Shown piece by piece: positions 27,923 through 35,376 of a stretch of DNA of 59,202 nucleotides (position 1 is its first letter; each line of letters starts with the position of its first letter). The position numbers and the translations under genes were made by a program. The notes beneath the pieces are model-generated. The model was given only the letters and a program-made list of their open reading frames with translations. It did no database searches and was not told where the DNA came from. The stretch covers positions 1 through 59,202 of the forward strand of contig CAYUFU010000010.1 of assembly GCA_964444145.1 (NCBI GenBank), read 5' to 3'. This DNA is from an uncultured Chitinophagales bacterium (GTDB taxonomy: Bacteria; Bacteroidota; Ignavibacteria; UBA10030; UBA6906).

Positions 27923-29299
27923 TTACGTCATGCGCGTCGTCGTGTGTACCGACGTCGCGCCCATCGCGGGATTCTTCGGACGCACGGTCGCAGTCTCGGA
28001 CGAGACGATCGTCAACGCGGTCAACACAATCATGATGACCATCGAAATCACGACTTGGATGTAGTCAATGGCGTTTCGCATTTTGTACGACGTTTCCTTC
28101 TCGTAGTATTCCGCAAGCTGTAGCGCCGTGTTCTTCACCGTTCCAGTTTCCGCGCCGGAGTGGAATCGAGAGATCGCGGTTTTCGTGAACACGTTGGCAG
28201 CTTCGAACGCTTCCGTGATGCCCGCGCCTTTTTGCGTCATCATCGGTAGTGCGATGGTCTTGATCTGATGTTCCATATATTTGTTGCCGCAGGCTTCCGC
28301 CGCCATCCGAATGACTTCGATGTTTTCGCCCGCGCCGCTGTATAACGAATAGAAGACACGACAGAAAATCTCGATGTTGCTCTTGTGCATCAACGATCCG
28401 ATGATCGGGACCTTCCAAATGTAACTGTCGAGGATAAAGCGCCCTTTCTCCGTCGTGAAAAATTTTACCGCCGCGACGATGGGGACGACCGTGCAGATCA
28501 CAATCATCATGGAGTTTTCGATGATGAAATCGCTCAGGTCCATCGTTGCCGCGGTCATCGGCGGCAATTCGATGCCAAACTTGCGGAACAACCCCGCCGT
28601 CGCGGGAAAGATGTAGCCGACGTAATAGATGACCGCACCGAACAACACGACGAGCGTTACGAGCGGCATGATGAGCGCGCTTTTCAAATTCTTTTTGAAC
28701 TCGGCTTGGCGTTCGAGGAATTTTGCAGTGCTATCGTAAATCTCGGCCATATTCCCGCTCTTCGAAGCGAGACCCAACATGTGAGCCGTAAAGCGGCCGA
28801 GCACCGCTTCATGCTTGACGAACGCGCGCTCGCTGTCCTTACCCTGTTTCAGCTCCGTGTTGATTTCCTTAATCGTCTCGCGCAGCGTTCTGTTCTGAAT
28901 GTCGTTCACGAGCAACTGCATGATTTCGTTGAACGGCAGTTTCTGCCGAATCAAATCCGCGCTGACGCGGACGAACGTGACGATCTCGCCGGACGGCGGT
29001 TTGGTTTTCACCTCGAAGAGACGCTTCTGCACGCGCAGAACGCGGTAGCCCATTTTTTGCAGCGCCTCCTCGACCTCGCCTTTGGTGAATGCCTTTTGCT
29101 CACCGGTAATCGGCTTCTCCGTTCCGCGCTGAACTTTGTAGATCCACGTCGCGCGTGGAACGATGTTCAGAATTTTGAAATTGCGCGCAGTCGCCATCTG
29201 GCTTGCTTTCTGCTTCGCCGCCTTCAGCGACTCCGCTTCCAGCACTCCTTGCAGCGGCTTGCCTTCCGTGGTAACACCTTCGATTCTGAATTCGGGCAT
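27923..29299 (-). CDS. pilC: PilC/GspF platform protein
   Basis: N-terminal EGVTTEGKPLQGVLEAES, two GspF domains, FGIELPPMT, KVPIIGSL. Confidence 0.88.
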   Translation of the reverse strand: MPEFRIEGVTTEGKPLQGVLEAESLKAAKQKASQMATARNFKILNIVPRATWIYKVQRGTEKPITGEQKAFTKGEVEEALQKMGYRVLRVQKRLFEVKTKPPSGEIVTFVRVSADLIRQKLPFNEIMQLLVNDIQNRTLRETIKEINTELKQGKDSERAFVKHEAVLGRFTAHMLGLASKSGNMAEIYDSTAKFLERQAEFKKNLKSALIMPLVTLVVLFGAVIYYVGYIFPATAGLFRKFGIELPPMTAATMDLSDFIIENSMMIVICTVVPIVAAVKFFTTEKGRFILDSYIWKVPIIGSLMHKSNIEIFCRVFYSLYSGAGENIEVIRMAAEACGNKYMEHQIKTIALPMMTQKGAGITEAFEAANVFTKTAISRFHSGAETGTVKNTALQLAEYYEKETSYKMRNAIDYIQVVISMVIMIVLTALTIVSSETATVRPKNPAMGATSVHTTTRMT

Positions 29300-29371
29300 C
29301 TTCGTTCCTTTATTTAGACCAGCTTGTCCCTACCTGTATGTTCCTTGGTCGGCAGAGTCTGTCTGTACCTA

Positions 29372-29440
29372 CAAAACAAAATCCCCCCGCGGCTTCGCGT
29401 GTCCCCACCAAGCAAACACGTGTTACGCCATCGGGGGGAG
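29372..29440 (-). terminator. Probable terminator after the pilin cluster
   Basis: Minus strand ccccccg...cgggggg stem with a long internal loop, followed by attttgtttt. Confidence 0.45.
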
Positions 29441-29462
29441 GTCGTGAGTTGTAATGTCAAGC

Positions 29463-29867
29463 CTAATTCAATGTTTCAATGTACGTGCTCTCGGGCCAGA
29501 CTGTTACTTGTACCTGTACGCTCGTAGCTCCGTCGTTTCCTTTGTTGTTTCCTGTTCCCGTGATTATGACAAACGCATCGGACGCCGCCGCCGGATCGGG
29601 GGAAAGAACGTATGTTCCGTTCGCGTTCGTCGCGTTCACGGCAATATCGGCGAAGCGCAAGCCGTTGAACGAATATCCGCCGCCGCGCATCGCTTCGGGA
29701 CGGCGATAATATTTTTGCGCCTGCACGGCAAAATTCGCGAGGTCATTCGCGATCGAATCGCGATTGGTCGAAGATGCCTGATCCTTGAACATGTCCAGAC
29801 CCACGGCAATCATAATGCCGACGATTATTACGCCGACCAAAATCAAAAGTAATTGCTGTGACCCCAT
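29463..29867 (-). CDS. Non-canonical type IV pilin-like protein (divergent copy)
   Basis: MGSQQ plus hydrophobic helix, GI..FKD and QKYY in canonical pilin register; located in the T4P locus. Confidence 0.75.
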   Translation of the reverse strand: MGSQQLLLILVGVIIVGIMIAVGLDMFKDQASSTNRDSIANDLANFAVQAQKYYRRPEAMRGGGYSFNGLRFADIAVNATNANGTYVLSPDPAAASDAFVIITGTGNNKGNDGATSVQVQVTVWPESTYIETLN

Positions 29868-30045
29868 AACTTAATCTCTTGTTTCCTATTCTTCCCCCAC
29901 CTACGTCCTGTGCCGATCGTCCAACAGGCTCTCTCGGATTTCAGAGAGGACCTTGCACATCCCGGCGAAGCAGCTTTTCGCACGTTCATCAGGAGAATTC
30001 TATTTGCCTCTATCTCCAGTGAGCGCGACGATCAGATCAGCATCA

Positions 30046-30456
30046 TTAGTTATTCTGCAACATTCCCGTCGAGTCGGCGAAAACGTAGATGCTCATATTG
30101 AGCGGATTCGTATTGTCCGTTCCTTTCTCCTTGCCAATGCCACGAATCACGACGCTTGAGGAAGTTCCCGCAGTTTGGACGGAATATGTACCGTTTGCGT
30201 TCGATGACTTTGAGGTCAGCTTTGCCAGACCCGCCGCATCTGCCGTCAAACCGACGAAGGAGTTTCCGCCGCCGCTCAACGCCGTTGGACGGCGATAGTA
30301 CTGCTGGGCGCGTGATGCAAGGTTCACGAGATCGTTCGTCACCGCATCGCGGTTCGCCGACACTGCGTTATCCTGAAACATCGTGATACCGACCGCTACT
30401 GCGATGCCGACCACGATAACGCCGAGGATGATGAGAAGCAATTGCTGTTGACCCAT
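30046..30456 (-). CDS. Non-canonical type IV pilin-like protein (tandem copy 2)
   Basis: MGQQQLLLIILGVIVVGIAVAVGITMFQD...QQYY; only 3 aa differ from 30553-30963. Confidence 0.8.
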   Translation of the reverse strand: MGQQQLLLIILGVIVVGIAVAVGITMFQDNAVSANRDAVTNDLVNLASRAQQYYRRPTALSGGGNSFVGLTADAAGLAKLTSKSSNANGTYSVQTAGTSSSVVIRGIGKEKGTDNTNPLNMSIYVFADSTGMLQNN

Positions 30457-30515
30457 AGTGCCTGCCTAGCCTTTGTTAAAGTGTTTATGCTACAATTGAG
30501 ATAACCATCAAACAC

Positions 30516-30543
30516 AGTTGCGCTCTCCGAAGAGAGCGCAACT
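30516..30543 (-). other. Perfect 12-bp hairpin with cUUCGg tetraloop between the duplicated pilin genes
   Basis: agttgcgctctc-TTCG-gagagcgcaact on the minus strand, 9 nt after the stop. Confidence 0.7.
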
Positions 30544-30552
30544 CGAAACGAA

Positions 30553-30963
30553 TTAGTTGTTCTGGAGAACACCGGTTGAATCGGCAAAGACGTACATGCT
30601 CATGTTGATCGGGTTCGTATTGTCCGTTCCTTTCTCCTTGCCAATGCCACGAATCACGACGCTCGAGGAAGTTCCCGCAGTTTGGACGGAATATGTACCG
30701 TTTGCGTTCGATGACTTTGAGGTCAGCTTTGCCAGACCCGCCGCATCTGCCGTCAAACCGACGAAGGAGTTTCCGCCGCCGCTCAACGCCGTTGGACGGC
30801 GATAGTACTGCTGGGCGCGTGATGCAAGGTTCACGAGATCGTTCGTCACCGCATCGCGGTTCGCCGACACTGCGTTATCCTGAAACATCGTGATACCGAC
30901 CGCTACTGCGATGCCGACCACGATAACGCCGAGGATGATGAGGAGAAGTTGTTGTTGACCCAT
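30553..30963 (-). CDS. Non-canonical type IV pilin-like protein (tandem copy 1, probable major pilin)
   Basis: Same sequence features as copy 2; first in the cluster, with an A/C-rich leader and sigma54-like site upstream. Confidence 0.8.
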   Translation of the reverse strand: MGQQQLLLIILGVIVVGIAVAVGITMFQDNAVSANRDAVTNDLVNLASRAQQYYRRPTALSGGGNSFVGLTADAAGLAKLTSKSSNANGTYSVQTAGTSSSVVIRGIGKEKGTDNTNPINMSMYVFADSTGVLQNN

Positions 30964-31054
30964 TGTGTTGTTCCTTTATGTTGTTATTGGGTTATGGTTT
31001 GGTTGTTTTGGTATTTTGGTTCTTACGCTTTGTTCCTTCGACATCATCTTACTT

Positions 31055-31071
31055 TTCAACCACTGTGCCAA
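31055..31071 (-). promoter_or_regulatory. Sigma54-like -24/-12 promoter upstream of the pilin cluster
   Basis: TTGGCAC-AGTGG-TTGAA versus consensus TGGCAC-N5-TTGCW (A instead of C at -12). Confidence 0.45.
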
Positions 31072-31176
31072 CACTCTGTTGCCCGTACTGCCACACTTTC
31101 GCCGCTGAGCATCGTTGCAGAGAAGAAAGTTTGACTTCGCAGGTCATTTTTTCCTCTCCCAATATTGCACGGTGAT

Positions 31177-33033
31177 TCAGTCGAGAGCAGTTGCGGAAAC
31201 GACTTCATCAACACTCGAGACTCCTTGGCGCGCCAGCGCGAGGCCCGAGCCGCGCAGGGTGCGCATCCCATCTTTGATTGCGGCTCGATTGATCGCATCT
31301 GTATCAACTTTCTCACCGCTGTTGATGATGATCTCGCGAATCTCCGGCGTAACATACAGCGTTTCGTGTATTGCGCGTCTTCCCTTGAATCCACCGACGC
31401 AATGCGGACAGCCAACGGGTTCATAGAGCTGGAGATCCGGAATTTCCTCTTCCGTGAAGCCGGACTTGAGCAGCATCTTCGTATTCAACTCTTTCACCGG
31501 ACGCTTACAGCGATCACACAACTTGCGGACGAGGCGCTGCGCGACAACGATGTTCAACGCTTGCGCTATCAGGAACGGCTCGACGCCAATCTTGAACAGG
31601 CGCGACACAACGCTCGCTGCATCGTTTGTGTGCAAGGTCGAGAATGTCAAGTGCCCCGTGTTCGCAAGCTTGATGGCAATGTCCGCCGTCGCACGGTCGC
31701 GAATTTCGCCGACCATGACAATGTCCGGATCGTGACGAAGGATTGCGCGAATGGCGTCATCGAATGATAGTTTGTGGTTCAGCTTCACCTGTCGCGCACC
31801 CTCGATTAAATACTCGACAGGGTCTTCGACAGTAATCGTGCAGACCGAAGGGTTCATTACCGTGCGCAGTGCCGCGACCAGTGTCGTGCTTTTTCCGCTT
31901 CCCGTAGGACCCGTGAGAATAACGATGCCGTGAGGTTTGGTGATCGCCTCTTTGAACCGTTCGAGAGAGTACGGGTCAAGACCAATGGATTCGAGCGAGA
32001 CGGAGGCGTGCGCGTCTTTCAAAATACGGATCACCACCGACTCGAATTTCCCCGTCATCTCCTTCGAAATTATCGGAAGAACCGACATGCGAAAGCGAAC
32101 AAGCTGACCGTCAATCATCTTCTGTGCCTGGCCATCTTGTGCTGCCATGCGCTCAAAGCGATCGAGACCGATGCCGCGTCCCTTCACGACGGCGACGACC
32201 GCTTCTGCGCGCGTGTCTTCGATCGTATACCAGTTCATCAGCTCGCCGTCAATGCGGAAGTTGACCTCCGTTTTCCGCGCACCCTTCGGAACGACATGAA
32301 TATCGCTTGCTCCGCTTCTCACCGCGTCCGAAAAGATGTTGTTGACGAGATTAATGAGCTGGCTGCTTTCGATCTCACGATCGAGGGCGCTATCCTGCGA
32401 GCCATCGCCGTCCTCCAAGAATCCATCACCGACCGATGTGATGCCGGGAGCAGTTTGATTCTTCTCGTTGGTGATGAGCTGCCACCACTCGTCCCAATCG
32501 CTTTCTTTGAGGTAGCAGATCTCGTGCTTGGCATAAGGGAATGCTCTCGCAACTTCGCTCACTTCACGGTCGGTCGGATTGGGAGTAACGACGAGAATCT
32601 TGTCTGACGTGCCCTCGGCAGTTTCGAAGGGGAGAACTTTGTGCCGCATCGCAAGCCGGTAGGCTGGCCCGGGCAACTCTTCGATCATCTTCATGACCGT
32701 GGCATTGTCGAACCGGCGGGGGTTACGTTCATTGATGTCAACGATACGAAATGAATAAAACTGCGCAAGCTCGCGTGCCAGCAAGTCCTTGCTGATTGCA
32801 AACTCATCGGCGAGGATATCGTTGATGCGGCGCTTGTCGGATCCCTTATGCTCCTGCACATATTCCGAGGCTTCCGTTGCGATTTTGTCGCTCAGGACCC
32901 GGTTGCGAACCAAATGCTCGAGGAACGCCGACGCGTATTTTTTCTTCGGCGCCTGTCCCTCCGGCATGCGGCTCTGTGATCCCGGCTTTCCGAATTGGAG
33001 GTTCGGTTTCAAATTGTCGCTCACGATCGGCAT
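31177..33033 (-). CDS. PilB/GspE assembly ATPase (copy 2)
   Basis: ASDIHVVP, AQDGQA, LTGPTGSGKSTTL, ILRHDPDIVMVGEIRD, GHLTFSTLHTNDA, CDRC/CPHC. Confidence 0.9.
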   Translation of the reverse strand: MPIVSDNLKPNLQFGKPGSQSRMPEGQAPKKKYASAFLEHLVRNRVLSDKIATEASEYVQEHKGSDKRRINDILADEFAISKDLLARELAQFYSFRIVDINERNPRRFDNATVMKMIEELPGPAYRLAMRHKVLPFETAEGTSDKILVVTPNPTDREVSEVARAFPYAKHEICYLKESDWDEWWQLITNEKNQTAPGITSVGDGFLEDGDGSQDSALDREIESSQLINLVNNIFSDAVRSGASDIHVVPKGARKTEVNFRIDGELMNWYTIEDTRAEAVVAVVKGRGIGLDRFERMAAQDGQAQKMIDGQLVRFRMSVLPIISKEMTGKFESVVIRILKDAHASVSLESIGLDPYSLERFKEAITKPHGIVILTGPTGSGKSTTLVAALRTVMNPSVCTITVEDPVEYLIEGARQVKLNHKLSFDDAIRAILRHDPDIVMVGEIRDRATADIAIKLANTGHLTFSTLHTNDAASVVSRLFKIGVEPFLIAQALNIVVAQRLVRKLCDRCKRPVKELNTKMLLKSGFTEEEIPDLQLYEPVGCPHCVGGFKGRRAIHETLYVTPEIREIIINSGEKVDTDAINRAAIKDGMRTLRGSGLALARQGVSSVDEVVSATALD

Positions 33034-33037
33034 AATG

Positions 33038-33409
33038 CTACGCGCTCATCGCACTCTGCAGTTTGTTCAACGTCGTGATGATCTCCGTTACTGGCGACGT
33101 CTTGCTGATAAAGTAGTCCACCGCCGAGTCTTCCAATGCCTGCTGGGTGTAAGGGTCATCATAGCCGGACATGAAGATGAAGGGCATATCGCGAAAGCCC
33201 AAAAACTCTCGGACATAGCTATGGAACCGAATGCCATCAAGCGTCGGCATAAACACGTCTGAGATGACGACATCAACGGATTGATTCTCCAATACTTCGC
33301 GCGCCGCCTTTCCATTGTCTGCAATCAAGACAGTGTATCCACTGCCTGTAAGGAGTTGTTCCATGACTTTCAGGAAATCCTCGTTATCGTCAACAATCAG
33401 AACCTTCAT
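33038..33409 (-). CDS. Single-domain response regulator (CheY-like)
   Basis: KVLIVDD, DVVISDVFMP phospho-Asp, FMSG, YFISK. Confidence 0.9.
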   Translation of the reverse strand: MKVLIVDDNEDFLKVMEQLLTGSGYTVLIADNGKAAREVLENQSVDVVISDVFMPTLDGIRFHSYVREFLGFRDMPFIFMSGYDDPYTQQALEDSAVDYFISKTSPVTEIITTLNKLQSAMSA

Positions 33410-33646
33410 GATGCCCTTCCAATGTGACTATGCGCCAATGGTCTTCTTTCATGTTATCGGAAGAGAAGGGTGACGTCCTTAGCGCGACGAGGAGATACGT
33501 TGTGAGACCTACTTTGTAAAGTATAGGGGAGCTTTCGGAATTATGGGATGCTGGCATGGTGGATAGTGGATTGCTGCGGGGAATTTGCAGTTTGAGAGCC
33601 GGCAAAGACCCGCTACAGGCGCTCGTGTAAATCCGCAATCACGTTG

Positions 33647-33675
33647 TTGAGTTTCCTGCCCGTTCTCGATATATT
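33647..33675 (+). promoter_or_regulatory. Putative sigma70-type promoter for the tRNA
   Basis: TTGAGT-N17-TATATT, 35 nt upstream of the tRNA. Confidence 0.5.
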
Positions 33676-33709
33676 GAGTTCACAACGTCGGTTGAACTAA
33701 CAACAAAGG

Positions 33710-33783
<74 letters not shown>

Positions 33784-33831
33784 CAAGGGAAATGCTCTCA
33801 GCATTGCGTCTCCGGGGAAGTTTAACCAGTA

Positions 33832-35376
33832 GTGGAGTTCGACGGAATTGATTTGAAACTGCTCGCGCTAACGTTGCTCTTCAGTTTGTCTGCATTTTGC
33901 CAGTCCGAAACACCCTCTCGCAACAGCCCCGTCTTCAAGAACTATAAGCCGCCCACGGCAACACCGCGCATCGAGCATTCGGATGCGACGTACCAGATGT
34001 GGGAGGGGTTTCGCGTGTTGCAGCAGGCGAACGCTGGTGATGTTGTTTCGCAATTTGAGGTGAGCATTCGGTATCTCACGGGTCGAGGGTTCAAAGCCGA
34101 TACGGCGAAGGCGGCGTACTGGACAAGACGCGCGGCAGAGAAGAATCATCTCCTTGCGCGATTCAATCTCGGCATTTTTCAGTTTAACGGGTGGGGGACG
34201 GATTGGAATCCGTTCGAGTCGTACCGCAATTTTCGGTTTGCTGCTGAGGGAAACATTCCCGAGGCGCAATATGCAGTTGCACAGTTTCTCACCGAAAACC
34301 TCGTCGTGCCAGCCAATTGGCAGGAAGCCTTCCAGTGGGTGAAGCTCGCAGCAGATTCCGGTTATGCACCTGCAAAAGCGATCTTGCCGGCGTTCGAGCG
34401 TCGCGGCTACCGCAGTGATTCATCTGCAGCGCAACGCACACGGGGCGAACCTGAAGCATCTACACGCGGAGCAATCCAGCTTTTGTTCATCAACTTTTCC
34501 CCCGATACAATCAAGGTATCTCCGGACTCCGTGTTGGTTGACGACCTGCTCAAAGCTGCGGCATTGACAGACAATGCTGCCATGCGCGCTGTTGCCGAAT
34601 CCCTTGCCGTGGAGCAGGGAAGGATAATAACAGACTCCGCCACGTTTCGCCACCTCATGTCGTTCGCAGAGGCGGGCAGTCCGGAAGCGCTGACACTGAT
34701 TGCGCGTTGTTACGAAAAAGGATATCGGATCACGAGCGATACTCTCACAGCGGCAATGCACTATATTCGCGCTATACGCCTTGATTCGCGCCGTGCGCCG
34801 CGACTCTTGCACACTCTCATTCAAAGCAAGAACTTCTTCCCGACTCTGCAAACGAAGGTCAATGAGGGAAACGCCGACGCGCAGTACATATGGTCATGCT
34901 TGATCGCGTTGGGATTTGACAGGCAGCTCACGGACGCGCAGGCATTGCGGATGCTCGAGCGCGCTGCTGCCGCGCATCACCCACACGCGTTGGTGGAGTT
35001 GGGCTTGTGTTATTACACTGGACGATGGGTGAATAGGAACGAAGGAAAGGCAAAGATGCAATGGCAGAAAGCAATAGCTGTCGGCAGTGCGGAAGCGAGA
35101 GTCCGGCTCGCCGTTGCAAAACTACGCGGGCGAGATAGAGACTACGCGTACGCGCTCGCGGCTCTGCGTCCCGCAGTCCGCGAGGGATCGGCACTTGCGG
35201 AATTTGCTCTCGGCTATTGTTTTGAGACGGGGAGTGGCGTGCCAAAGAGAATGGAAGAAGCGGCACGGCTCTATCGCAGCAGTGCCCAGCGCGGCAGTCA
35301 GGATGCACTACGTGCGCTGCGCCGAATACATGATAGCCTACGGCCGCGCGACAAACAGTTTCAGCTTGACGACTGA
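33832..35376 (+). CDS. Exported Sel1-like repeat protein
   Basis: Signal peptide; repeated AQY.VA/AAYW..RAAE, ALVELGLCYYTGRWV and AEFALGYCFETGSGVPK Sel1 motifs. Confidence 0.85.
   Translation: MEFDGIDLKLLALTLLFSLSAFCQSETPSRNSPVFKNYKPPTATPRIEHSDATYQMWEGFRVLQQANAGDVVSQFEVSIRYLTGRGFKADTAKAAYWTRRAAEKNHLLARFNLGIFQFNGWGTDWNPFESYRNFRFAAEGNIPEAQYAVAQFLTENLVVPANWQEAFQWVKLAADSGYAPAKAILPAFERRGYRSDSSAAQRTRGEPEASTRGAIQLLFINFSPDTIKVSPDSVLVDDLLKAAALTDNAAMRAVAESLAVEQGRIITDSATFRHLMSFAEAGSPEALTLIARCYEKGYRITSDTLTAAMHYIRAIRLDSRRAPRLLHTLIQSKNFFPTLQTKVNEGNADAQYIWSCLIALGFDRQLTDAQALRMLERAAAAHHPHALVELGLCYYTGRWVNRNEGKAKMQWQKAIAVGSAEARVRLAVAKLRGRDRDYAYALAALRPAVREGSALAEFALGYCFETGSGVPKRMEEAARLYRSSAQRGSQDALRALRRIHDSLRPRDKQFQLDD

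Noticed and set aside
29372-29440. c-di-GMP riboswitch upstream of pilC
   Set aside because: Lacks the GGCAAAC/GAAA/GACGCAAAGC arrangement; better explained as a terminator
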